Part shown: positions 13,701 through 26,481 of the stretch, in pieces
Layout of the letters: each line of letters opens with the position of its first letter
Numbering within the stretch: position 1 is the stretch's first letter
Origin: Phoronis australis
Taxonomy: Eukaryota > Animalia > Phoronida
Direction: 5' to 3'
DNA: 64,000 nt
Assembly: GCA_002633005.1 (NCBI GenBank)
Contig: NMRA01000409.1
Coordinates: 124,001-188,000 of the forward strand
Program-made: the position numbers and the translations under genes
Notes under the pieces: model-generated
Seen by the model: only the letters and a program-made list of their open reading frames with translations
Told to the model about the DNA's origin: nothing
Databases searched by the model: none

Positions 13701-15339
13701 TTGCTCAAGAAAATCACAACATGTTTTCATGCAAGGTAGCACGACGACAACCGACCTGAGGACAACAAAAAGTTGGACTGGCTTAGAATCCGCTGACATC
13801 GGAAACGGAAGAATGAAATTATGGTGAACTTGTACATCACTGTTTGCACTACTCCACTGAGATAGATATTAAATGTGGACACATGCAAGCGGGTGGTTGA
13901 GAACCTGAATATACATGTAGTACACAAGCGATTTCCAGTTGTCCCAAGAATATCGAGATGATGATTATTGGAAACTTATCGTTTATAAAGAGGGGTTGTT
14001 CTTGCAACAATCACTGAGCAGGTCAAGCTATCGGACGCGAGACTGTGTGGTGCCATCGTTCATACCATGTCCTACCACGTGGTTAAGAAATTCCAGGCCC
14101 TTAAATGCACTGACAGCCGTAACCAACAATTCGTGACTGTTTCAGTAAAGCACTAGTTTGATTCTAAAGCTACTGTGTTGTACCATAATTCACACTATTA
14201 CGCTTTCCTTCTAAACAAATGCTTTGGGTAGGCAACACGAGCCCGAGTTGAGAAGCCGAAATACCATGTTTGTCATGCTCTGCCAAGAATGCCATTGAAG
14301 CCCATGTTCGCAGATAATGACCTGCAGAAGCCCGTTCTTTGTGCATTAAGATTTTAAGTAAGCGCTTCTATAGTAACAAGATGGATTGAATAGACAGAGA
14401 GGAGAATGTTTCTGGTCCTACTTGACTGCATGCACGCATTTCTAAGGACAGGACCATCACAAGTGCAAATTCTGGATTTTGAATCGCCGGTTGGGTAAAA
14501 AAGTATTGATAATGACTAAGATTGCTAATTTGATTTACTGGCCGCGCTCGGCTTAATGGGTTCGCTAGATTTGTCCCATCAATCAAAGTTTGGGAGCGTA
14601 TTTCGATATCCAAAGAAAGGTATCTCATTCGGTTACGTGTGACGTCATGAATATTAATTAAAGCTATGATTGGCCAGTAATAAAACGTGAGATTTAGTCC
14701 ATTTTGATTGGATCGAGTACATATAATGCCAGTAGTTAATCGCACATTTACCCTATGAACTTGTAACCTGCTTGTAATCTTTCAGTAGTTTATGGTAAAA
14801 TAGTTAGCATTGCTAACGAAAATTTTTGGAAAAATCTTTAAGGCGTTCATATTTCCATGTATGTGTATTTTAATGCAGATTGAAAGCAGCTACTTAAACA
14901 AATAGTCCTTAGTTACCATCCAGATAGCGAAAATAACGTAGCCTTATTTTATGAAACATGCAACAATATGATATAAAATAAAAGGTAAGCAAGCATTTTT
15001 ACAACTCGATTTTTGTCAAGATCTTTTAAAAAATCAAATGAAGACTTTAGGTCTTCGCTGGACCGGCAATCTAAAGCTCAACGTCAGCTTACATGTACGT
15101 CAAGAAACATTAAAAAGTGATCCTCGTGAACTAGTATGAGAGTGTCTCACACCTGGATTTCTAAGAACGTTGTAAAACCTGAAAATGGTCGGAGAAATGA
15201 CCGACCGAAACGTTGTGTCAATGTTACTAGTCTAGTAGAGCATGGCGTCAGTAGACCAATAGATTTTAGAAACAACGTTAACAATCTTGAGAAAGTGACT
15301 GGTGTTGTTTCCAACACCACAAGGGTTCTACTAAAACGA

Positions 15340-17641
15340 TAATCAACGATCAGTGAACTTGAAGTCCAAATAGGGAGAGGTGATATCCTTTATCGTTCAC
15401 TCTACTGAGGAGCACGTACGAATGAAGTAATTCTAGAAGGCCATAGAATAAGGTGGTAGAAATTAAGGTAGAAATATGTGTTAAAGAATTCCACTTTGGG
15501 GAAGGCACAACAGTACACTTAATAGTATAGAACGCAAAAGCCTCCTACTGGGATATCGATCAACGCTAAGGAAGGTTGGAAATTTGGAAATGCCTATGGG
15601 CCACAAACCAATTGGTGAAGGCAAGATCTCTATCACAAAGATCGTCTTTTTAAGTTCACCAACACTGAGTAACCAATAGCGTTATCGATTTTATGCCCGT
15701 CACATTTTTTCCTTGAACACCTTCAACATATTAATTCCCTTTCACCCGGTCAGGTTAAGATTGAACACAAAATTAATGCTATTGGTGCAATAACCTCTGA
15801 AGGATCTAGGATTTTACAAGGAACCCCCACTCACAATGTTCAAGGGGAAATACCCCTGAAAGCGGTACGGCATGTCCTTATACAGGCTGGGAGGCTTCTT
15901 CGACTTTAGATAGCACATTTTCCACAGTTAAAAGTGCACAACTCGAGCCAAAATATTGTACTTTGTTCGTTTTAAAGGGGTTGCCTTTCGAAGGTGTTTC
16001 AATAAATACCTGCTAATGTACGAAAAAATTTTCAAGTCTTTGATATAAAATTTGTGATTTCTAAAAATAAAAAATTCCTCAAACTTACGTGTGACGAACA
16101 GAGCAAGTCATCTTCTAATTCATTGCGTTTGTAGAACAATGAGGCGCTATCCTCAGTGTGTTTCAACATGGCTTCACCTCCAAATAATTACCCATAAGCC
16201 GAGTGTGTCGTAAATGTGAGCCAGTGTGGCCATATTTTTGTACTAANTAATCAACGATCAGTGAACTTGGAGTCCAAATAGGGAGAGGTGATATCCTTTA
16301 TCGTTCACTCTACTGAGGAGCACGTAGGAATGAAGTAATTCACGAAGGCCATAGAATAAGGTGGTAGAAATTAAGGTAGAAATATGTGTTAAAGAATTCC
16401 ACTTTGGAGAAGGCACAACAGTACACTTATGGAAAACCTTTTGCAGGCTTGCCCCTTAAGAGGTATGCAAGCAGGTAAATCCGGGCCAGACGGCGTCAGA
16501 ACACGGTTGAGTGGGATCGAGCAACACAGCCCGGTTCCTTCACAATATGGGCATCTTCGGTACATGGTCTAAATCTTATGATTAGTAGACGCAGAAACAG
16601 ACTTACGAATTAATGGTGTGCCTAAAACCTGACGCAGCGAAACAAGTCCTTGAAATTTCACACAGAGTTAATACGTTTAAGAATAATAAGCTGGGCACCA
16701 AGCGCCAAACGGACGCAGGCGACAACACACGCACATACGGTGTGAGTCTTAACTCCTTGTACGTGTTTACAGTCGTTTTATTACCCCTGACGATAATATG
16801 ATTTTGCTTGATGCTGCGGATGTCTGCGGTTCTCACCTCTGACAAACCAAAACTTGGGAAGTATATAGAAGGAGGCAAGCGGTTTGTTTTTCGACTACGT
16901 GAGCGAGCAGTGAGCGTGTTAATAGTATTGAACGCAAGAGCCTCCTACTGGGATATCGATCAACGCTAAGGAAGGTTGGAAATTTGGAAATGCCTATGGG
17001 CCACAGACTAATTGGTGAAGGCAAGATCTCTATCACAAAGATCGTCTTTTTAAGTTCACCAACTCTGAGTAACCAATAGCATTATCGATTTTATGCCCGT
17101 CACATTTTTTCCTTGAACACCTTCATCATATTAATTCCCTTTCACCCGGTCAGGTTAAGATTGAACACAAATGCTATTGGTGCAATAACCTCTGAAGGAT
17201 CTAGGATTTTACAAGGAACCCCCACTCACAATGTTCAAAGGGAAATACCCCTGAAAGCAGTACGGCATGTCCTTATACAGGCTGGGAGGCTTCCTCGGCT
17301 TTCGATAGCACATTTTCCACAGTTAAAAGTGCACAACTCGAGCCAAAATATTGCACTTTCTTCGTTTTAAAGGGGTTGCCTTTCGAAGGTGTTTCAATAA
17401 ATACCTGCTAATGTACGAAAAAAATTTCAAGTCTTTGATATAAAATTTGTGATTTCTAAAAATAAAAAATTCCTCAAACTTACGTGTGACGAACAGAGCA
17501 AGTCATCTTCTAATTCATTGCGTTTGTAGAACAATGAGGCGCTATCCTCAGTGTGTTTCAACATGGCTTCACCTCCAAATAATTACCCATAAGCCGAGTG
17601 TGTCGTAAATGTGAGCCAGTGTGGCCATATTTTTGTACTAA
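15340..17641 (+). repeat. Tandem duplication of ~900 bp (copy A 15340-16246, copy B 16248-17641) joined at an N
   Basis: Near-identical copies. Copy B has an extra ~490 bp (16430-16921) bounded by TTA on both sides. The N at 16247 sits exactly at the junction. Confidence 0.95.
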
Positions 17642-18070
17642 TGAAATTGAAAGAGGAATAATGACCTTAGTCTAATATCATTTACTCCTCTTGGCAGGAT
17701 TATTGAAATTAGGTCTCTCTTATTACCCAAACGGGTTCATTTGCTCATTGTTTTGCCTTAGACAAAGCGATACAATTCCTGCCCGTCTGTTTTGCCATCG
17801 TCATCCAGACTATTAATTGAGGGTCTGAATTACTGGTGTACAGGTTTATTTAGCGTGGCAAAAATGACAGATTAAAGAAAACTAAATGGTAAAACGTTTT
17901 CCATAAGGAGATAGTAAGCTGATTCAAATTTAATATTCTATAAAATCTTTTAAGCTGTCTTTGTTCAGCAGATTTATTTCAACCAATGATATTTTTGGAA
18001 AGAGTTCTGTTTCAACGCCTCTTATGGTGCGGTCATAACGTGATTGAATCAAATAACCATGAAACTATTA

Positions 18071-18887
18071 AGACTCACGCACCTTAAAAACAGCTCAGTA
18101 ACCAGCCCGAAAAACAGGAACCCCGACCTTTAAAACAGGAATATCGGGGATCGGAAAGGACACCAGGGGACCGAGTCACCATTATTGCACTTTCTGCCAA
18201 ACATTGTTAAGGAAAATAAATCTTCCTACTTTAAATAGTTGTAATATGTTGTTTTACTATATGAGAGTTTTAGACAGTTCATGGCGGATTGGCGTTCTAC
18301 GTTATTCTGCTGCTTAAGTTGTGGTGCTATCTTTTACGTCGGCTTTCGGTGCCATGAAATACAGTGTATTGCGTCACCTATTGGCCAGTTTTTTTTTCCG
18401 CCAATTCTTCAATCAGCTGCTCTCCCACGAGGTTGCGTACTTGTCACCACATATTTATCAACAATGGCACTCGAAAGGCGAAATGCTATATGTCTTTTTC
18501 ATCTATGAAAATATTTTAGGAGAAATTATTGAACAATCTGAAATTAATTAAATGTTCACCGAGATAACAACGTGTTGAGAGTAAAAATTATGTTGAAATT
18601 TGCCCACAGACAAGTTGCGCGCGTTTTACCGATAAAAATTAAATAACAAAGCCAATATAATATAAGGTACGTATCATTATTGACAATTTTTTACAAACAA
18701 AAGCGAAAAACAACTGAAAAGTACTTGAAGATGATTTAACTCAAAGTTTGAGGCTAACGACAACGGTCTCAGAAAATTTGAAAAAAAATGTGTGGTTTTC
18801 CTATCCGATCCCCGATTCCTGTTTTAAAGGTCGCGACGGGGTTCGAGTTTTTCGGGCTGGTTAGCTATTTTGAATGTGCGGGAGTCT
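18071..18887. mobile_element. ~820-bp MITE with ~100-bp terminal inverted repeats
   Basis: agactcacgcac...aaccagcccgaaaaac...gacctttaaaacaggaat...cggggatcgga pairs with tccgatccccgattcctgttttaaaggtc...gtttttcgggctggtt...gtgcgggagtct. Confidence 0.8.
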
Positions 18888-21076
18888 GTTTTCGACTCTG
18901 GGGATATCTGTTTTACACCGGGGTTCCTAACTCGATGGAGCACCTTGATGTTGTGTTATCTCGCTTTTCCGTTCTAATATGTAATATGCTCCGTGGGCAT
19001 GACGCCCGCTCATCCAGTTTGGCCTTAGCTCGGTACAGAACAATTTGACTTGAACAGTGACGTCAGAAACAGGAAATGAAACTAGCAACGGATATTCAAC
19101 CCACCTGATACACAGCGTTTGCATATTAAAGCTGAATTTTGGAATAATGTGACTAGAGCATCTAAGATTATTTTTACAGCTCTACATCCGTCAGGCTCAC
19201 AGAAATGAATAACATTGCTAGTCTCAGTTTGGGACCCGATTGTCTTGGTACTCCGCTTAACACTGCATGTGGTCTTGTAAAGATCCGTTATGCAGATGAT
19301 AGCTCAGACAAGCAACATGTGTGGCCAACATATCTTGAGCTCTTTTGAAGATGAAGACATGCATGTATCAGACAATTAAACTAGTACATAAATTCGTTTT
19401 CGCCACGATATGTTGTCAAGAGGACTGTCATTTCTGAGAACAGTGTTAGGCAATTTCTTGCACTTATAGAACACGTTATGTTTCAATTCGCACGGGGTTA
19501 GCGTAGGTTGTAGAATACAAGTTTACGCAATGTACCTTAGTCGTCGCGATAGTTGTTACAAATATTGATTACAGTTGTGAGGCCATTTAGCCACCATTGG
19601 ACTATCGGTTTTTAAAGCCTTATTAACATTGATGTACATGTAAGTAGCCTTAGTTTTGTTAAGAAAACATTTGTGTTTATCGACAAATGAATTGGAATAT
19701 CCGTTGTTTATGGGAAAATGTTTGATCCTGGAAAGAGTCAAGTGTACTAAAAACGTTGTCATATGACACGCGTAAGGTAACGTTCACAGTTATGGCCGTT
19801 TACTCGAACGAGACAAACCGTAAACTGCTCCCGCCCGCTCCCGCCAGCTCTCGCCCGCCCGTGCCCCCTCCCCTGACCACCTAAAGTGGTGAGGTCTACC
19901 CTTATTTATCTGTTAAACCGCATGTGTGCTTCAAGGATAAATGCCAGAGTTGGTTTGTAAGAGATGTTAAATAAGTTTTATTGAAACTTTATATTTTTGC
20001 CTGATTGGACTTTGTCGGTTGAATGGAAACGCCACTGAAACTCGGGCTAGCGACATTAATGCCTTCTACATCATGTAGCAGACAATAGAGGAAAAGACCA
20101 CTAAGCGTTTGCTCCTAAACGGTACAAAGATACTTCTACAGGGTTAGAATCAGCTTCTGTTTCGTCATGTGGCTGCTAAGTTAAACATTCCTGATACAGC
20201 TGTACATGTAGGTCGATCCTATTGACGAGGTCATTCTATGAAAATGTCTTGTGTGCTCAAAATACTCTTTATACCGAACCGAAATTGAAAGTGCATCGTA
20301 TAAAACCCACTATGCTCGGTGTCATCAATCAATGTTTTGGGAAAAACAATGTGACTCAATCTCTTTTAGTTTCGTTTTCAACTTTGACTTATACGTACCC
20401 TGTTCAGTGGTTTATAGCTGTCAAAGGATGGCCAAGATCTTAATTAATTTCGTAACTGTATCTTCCAGTTAACCCGTTTTAATACAATCTGTGCATCATG
20501 GAATTGCCTGATAAACAACTAGTTGTGAACCGCATAATACCTTTAAATACATGCAAAAAACACTCTCGTGTATAACTATGATAACGAAGTGTTATGGTTT
20601 CTTGTAGCGATGAGAAGCAGCAACCCCCTCTATTGAGGAAAGGGGAAAGTCGGGGGACACACTCCTGAAATGTGTTTTATAACCCAATAGTGAGGAACTC
20701 TCAAACAGGAATCATGTCACGTTCTGGGCAACTTGAAAGTGAGCGCTTGAGCAAAATACAAAAAAGTGCAGGTGAGATATAAGGTCGTAAATTAAGACAA
20801 ATAAAAATACTACAAAAATATATAACACATGAAACTGCAGTGGGAGACAATCTGCCACAGACTCAGGTGCACTTTAATTTGCCTGCCCTCCTTATTCCTG
20901 TATGTAGACAGATGACTATGGGTTCACGGGTGTAAATAGATCGTTGCCCCTCCCCATCCCCAGAGCCCCTCCCCCGTGCCAGCCGAGATTCTCATTCACA
21001 AGCATCTCGTAATTGGTAACCTTCGACCACAAGATACTTTAGATAACGTCAGAATCTCTCATGCCGGTCACTTCTC

Positions 21077-21130
21077 TCGCTGGTTCCCTGCGTGCCGCCA
21101 TGTGGTAGGCGGCACGCTGGGAACCAGCGA
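21077..21130. repeat. GC-rich hairpin (23-bp stem, 1 mismatch, 8-nt loop), probably a minimal MITE
   Basis: tcgctggttccctgcgtgccgcc-atgtggta-ggcggcacgctgggaaccagcga. Confidence 0.85.
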
Positions 21131-21966
21131 CGTCACTTCTAGGCACACTAGTGCCACCTTTTGATTAAAATTCATTCGTCTATCGAAAACAACGATGACC
21201 GGAAACGTTGATTGGACGCAAACCCAAACCACGGGATGTGGCTACATGTACGTCCACTTTAACATTATATGAGTACGCTCCAGCATCTCCACGCTATGAT
21301 TACATGCGCGTGAACAATCCCGAACAAATACATATTTACATGTACTGTACATGTATGTGCTGCGCGTATAGTATGTTCATCATCGGGTTTCGGCCGAAAA
21401 ATGCATTTTTCGATTAATGCTGGACGTGATAGGCCAATTGCCGCATATGTCTGCCAGAAATTCTCTGACGTCGAGACCCATGACTTGACCAGCTTAATAC
21501 ACGCACGCTTAAAATACTCGGCCATTGGTGAATGGGATTTAGCTTTGAAGGCGGAACTTTAGGCTGTGACCGCGGGCTCGTCTCAGAAAATAAAATAATT
21601 TGTCGCTGTTTCATGTCCCTCTAAATGTTTCGCCCATAGGCGCTTCAATGCAGACGGTTGTCCCGTGCCCTGCTGCATGTGTGTTTTGTCTAGGCCTCTG
21701 CACTTTTAAAATATTCGTCAATTTTGAAATGGAACATCTATTGGACCTACATGTACAAGCCTGCTTCGAGTCTTGTGCCAACCACATGTGCTATATTAAT
21801 ACTTCATCTGCATCGATTTCCCTCAGATCTTTTGCAAACAGGCGTATGCGGCGAAATTTCGAGTTTTTGGCGAGATTTCATAAAAAGGTGTTTGGTCCTA
21901 GGTGTGTTCCTGTACAACGAATGTAACAGAATAACAGTAGTGGTGAATCAAGATAATCCCACTTAC

Positions 21967-22241
21967 CTTGGTTCCGAGCGTTCGTCGTCTGAACAACATT
22001 GTAAGCATAAGCTCGAGTTTGAGTTCCGTAACGACTCATCGTCAGATTTTGCCCGTCGCATGGCGAATCTGTTTGCGGCACCAGGAACGGCTAGAAACAT
22101 TGTTCCATTCACCAAGTTGGCCATCCGCGATTCCTCGTCCGACATGGACTCGCCCATGGAACGCGCGCGCGTCAGCTTCTGCGTCCATCTCTCCACGGGC
22201 ACCCGCAGTGTATTTGACGACTTACTGGTGAAATAACTCAT
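21967..22241 (-). CDS. Probable first coding exon (91 codons + 2 nt, phase-2 intron) of an unidentified host gene. The exon including 5' UTR spans 22325->21967.
   Basis: Acceptor ttcttcatttgcag| before 22325, an in-frame upstream stop, then ATG at 22241. Protein-like Ser/Arg-rich sequence MSYFTSKSSNTLRVPVERWTQKLTRARSMGESMSDEESRMANLVNGTMFLAVPGAANRFAMRRAKSDDESLRNSNSSLCLQCCSDDERSEP. Ends at a consensus donor AAG|GTAAGT. GC is higher than in the flanks. Confidence 0.6.
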
Positions 22242-24929
22242 CCTTTCTGTCAGCAGAAGACTCGCAATACAGAGCAGGTGAAGACCATCGTGTATAGTAG
22301 TAAACTGTCGTCAGTCAACACGGGGCTGCAAATGAAGAACAATATGATATACCCAGGAATTTCGGGTGGATTGTGCGATAATCGTTTTTTTTAATATGCA
22401 ATGAATGACCAGCTATGACCGGCAAATGTTTCCTAAAAACCGAGCGTTTCTTCAGCTGCAGAAGTTAACGGACGTTTGTTAACGATCAAACTCAAGTGCC
22501 TACTGGGACCATCCAAAGTGTCTTCGTGTTAAATAACACAATTTGCGCGTCGGCAGAGGAATCAAAACGAAATTGGATTAATAATTAAAACGTCGACCAT
22601 GTTTGAGTTGCACGCACACTCTCACACATTCGCACCCAGAAATGATTCTGTTGCCTAAATATACACGTAGGATGTGGTTTAGTTCACTTTCTTTAAGAAT
22701 ATGAAAGAGTAACACTCCCTACTCCTAATTTGGCTGGTTAAACGTTTAGTAAATTTTTCATTGTACAAATGCGGGACGAGCTCGAGGGTAAGATCAATTT
22801 ATACGGACAGCAATGTTGCTCTCGCGAGAATCACGTGCCCTGATGTCGAATAGAACGCTCTACATTTGATGCTTCTTTCTTTTGTTTTTCTCTTCTGTTG
22901 GATTGGCATGCCCTTACTTCCGTTGATCTACAGACATCGTCCGCTGGTTTTCTATGGCTTCTACAGCGTTTGATTGGTCAGATCTCCAATAGCGAAGTCT
23001 TGGCCAGCGACCACCAAACTTTTCTTGTTTCGTTGCACCAAAAACCTCCATAGAAGCTTGGGAACAATTTTGGAGTCTGAGTATGTCTTGGAGGCCCTAA
23101 AGTAAAGTTTGGTAGGGTCATCACTCTTCGAGTAATTAAATGGTCTGAGTAAAGTTTTGTGGTCATTTCCCTGACGTCAGGGAGGCATGAATGAAATGAG
23201 ATATTACACGGCTAGCTCAATCAATATCACAGTATAGCGGAAGTTGTCGTACACCATTTTAGCCAATCAGAGGGACTAATTATCTGTGGGCGTGTAATAA
23301 TACATTTTGGTTACACCCATTTTTCTGTAGTTTTCAATTATTGCAATAGGACGAGTTAGACGCACTTTCGTTGTTTCTTCCGGTTCTAACGGACCGCCTC
23401 AGTAGCCTCAAACCTACAATATCATAGGCGGACTCAGGGGGTCAAGGGGCTCCGAACCCCACTTTTCCCTTAATTTTAGTGTATCACATGTAGAATTTAC
23501 AAAATTGTTGACTTGGACCCCTTCCTTTTAAAAAAGCCTTGGTTCGATCATGAATTAAAAACATTCAATACTCATCATTGAAAATAGGAATATACATTTG
23601 GTTCCAAAAGTATTTTGATGTTACGATCATGATGCAATGGTTATTTCTTCTAAAAGATTTAGACACAGCTGAGAAATTGTGAATATTGCGGCTACCTGAT
23701 GATTGAATGTAGTTGTTTATAGCTCGTGTTCTTTGAAACAGTGATGCGACATCTTTAGGTGGTCGTACATGTATTTTCAAAAAGTCCACTGGTGCCAGCT
23801 CCAACAGGTTGGGATCTTTCTTTTTCCCAGCTTCGTCGAAGCAGTTGCATGGTTGACTGCACTTGGCTGTACTTCTGTCGAACCGAGGCAGATGAATCTC
23901 TTTTTGGTTCGCAAATATTCTTTCAATATCTATGGCCGCAGAAACAGGGTGTTTTGCTTATCTGTGGTCCTTTTTGATATTTTGATTATTCGTAGCTGAA
24001 GTTAAACGTGCTTTTGTTTGTATGCAACATTGTAGAAATGATATTTTTCAATAACGTGCCCTAAAAATGTTGAGCAGACATTAAAATCAACTTTCTATGT
24101 GATCCAGCAGCAAAAATATTAAGAAAATGAATTTTTTGAGCGCCATTTTTAAAAGTTCAACATGACCTCCAATATGATCGACAACATAGAAACATTGCTT
24201 TCCTGATTTCCGACTCTATGAAATTTTCAAAAATCTATAATTTCCGCACTCACTAAAATCCAACGAAATTTCACATCAAACGCCAGCAATGTCCACAATC
24301 CTGTGTGGTTTATGCTAAATAGTGGCTACAAGTCCACGTACCGTCCAAGAAGTAAATCGAACGTTCAAGAATGTCAGTAACATGCATACATGTATCACCA
24401 TTGTGCTCCCGTACTCCAGGACGAGGGATGACTAACTCCACAAAAATGTGTCGTCTGCCACTTAAACTCCATGTTTATCCACAGTTCCACATTCACGATA
24501 TTACACTGCGAGTACACTGCGTTGGTGTTATTTCGTTGTAAATCCACATCATTGAGGCTACCCAACAGACTGTAAATCGTTTAGTCTTGGTGTTATGCTG
24601 CTAACTGGATATTTACAGCAGCTAAAAATGCCAGACGACAATTAATTGACTAAGTATGGAATGATAATCCATTAACTTACAAAGTGTGTGTTGATACATT
24701 TTATCCGGTATTTTTAAAATGCAAAAGCGAACAACAAAAGGTTAATTGAGGTTACGTAAGATCTTATTGAAAAGTCAGCGTGTTCAGCCAAATATCTACA
24801 AAACCATACATCTAAACTTACGGAAAGTATTTGTTTTCTGAAATTAGAAAGACTGCAGAATTTGAGTAGACACTCTACAAGAGGTTCCATTGACTGGATC
24901 ACGTGGTCATGCTTTTTAATGCAATTAGG

Positions 24930-25259
24930 TTAAGGTATGTTCGTGGCAAAACAATCACGGTAAAAATAACGTGTCCACGTTTCTCTCGATATTAATGTTC
25001 AAGATGAAATAGCAAAAGCGCTGTTACGGTTCTCTAAGTTATCATTTCGTTTCCGAAAATTATTGAATGTCCTATTTTCGACACCCCTTGTATACAAAAA
25101 TCAGCATTTTAAAAACATTTACTAACAGCGATTTGGAGAATGATGCATAAGGTATATTGTATCTCACATTTGAACCGAATCCGATCAGGCACTTCAAAGA
25201 TATGATGTTCCAAAGTTAGACAAATTTGGACATTTTTCCAAGATCCAACATAACCTAAA
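24930..25259. mobile_element. Short member of the TTAAGGT-ended repeat family
   Basis: ttaaggtatgtt ... aacataacctaa ends. The 3' end is similar to 13360-13423. Confidence 0.45.
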
Positions 25260-26235
25260 TAATATACTCCAAATAAGGAAGTGAATAGTATTAAACGATT
25301 AAAAAAACGGAAGTATTGTGCTTTGTCTTAAGCCACCCGCTTCCTCTTGGCGGCAAGGATTCAGACTACAATCGAACAGAACCAAGTCATCGTCAACGAG
25401 ACATGCTATGAAAAAGACTCTATTCCGTCCGTAGAGTAATTTAACAAGTTTTTAATCCTCTCTCAGGGTGCGGAAAGAGAATTAATCTGGATGGAAGGGA
25501 TTCCAAATGGGACAAAGAGACAAGAGACGACAGTTAGTCTCCACTGAAGTCGGTACTGCAGTTGACATTGCGACCTGCTGCAGGTCTATAAATATTAGCG
25601 GGCGACAGTTTTTTCATACGGCCAGACAAACTTCGAGACCTGTGTTGTAGAGACAGTCTTAAAACAGAAACCGTAAACCGAGAAAGAAAACCTAATGCTC
25701 TGTAGTATTTCGGTGGACGCATGCACTTCCTCTGGACTTGTTCACAGCGACATCTTTTGTGCAAATTTTCATTGCCACTAATAAGACATATAAAAAACAA
25801 ACACATACACCTGTATGACACATACATGCACACGCTTACACGCATTTCGAGACATGACATCAAAGACTGGCAAATATTCAAAAAACAGAGCCAAAGAGGG
25901 GCATCTTTGATCGAATTTTGCATATTTAGTTTCCGAAATATTGGCATTTTTTCATCTGAAAGTACTGTAACATGTTTTTCCTAAAAATCGATTAAAAGTC
26001 TCTTACAATTTGGAATTTTTGGCGCTAACTGTATTTTCTAAAACAAAATTGAGTAACGTAATTATAACGGATTCCCTTAAGTTATCGATGACAATATCCC
26101 TTGCCAAAAAGTTTTTGTAAATTTTGTGTTTTTAAAAATAATCATGTAGAAACACACAAAGATGTAGAAAACCTACAATTGTAACGCCTAATCTAAGAGG
26201 GCACATTTCTTCCACCAGTACTCTCATTTATGCTA

Positions 26236-26481
26236 TAAGGGTCACATTCGGAACACCTCGGGTATTTTCGTAACCTCAAATTCCCCCTCGGAGGTGAACT
26301 AAACGTTATCTGTGCATGTGCGGACTTCAGTCATAAGGAATGTCATGTGACTTTCAAACGGGAGAATGATTAGCCGTATGGTTTAAGTTCGCACATGCGC
26401 AAATAACGTTCGCATCCTACGAAAAATTTGAGGCTTCAAAATGTCAGAGGTCCAAGTGCTCACGCTACATGATTCCCCTTA
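26236..26481. mobile_element. Palindromic MITE (TAAGGG...CCCTTA)
   Basis: cctcaaatt...aacgttatctgtgcatgtgcggactt pairs with aagttcgcacatgcgcaaataacgtt...aatttgagg. Confidence 0.7.

Noticed and set aside
16430-16921. Copy-B-specific segment as a Harbinger insertion with TTA TSD, or as a CDS (16603-16878)
   Set aside because: No terminal inverted repeats. The translation has at most a vague LINE-tail resemblance. A deletion in copy A is the simpler explanation.
19250-19500. Possible CR1/L2 3' remnant on the minus strand
   Set aside because: Only faint motif resemblance, too degraded to support.
23565-24000. Possible minus-strand exon (ttcag acceptor near 23996)
   Set aside because: All three frames hit stops soon after the acceptor and there is no convincing donor.
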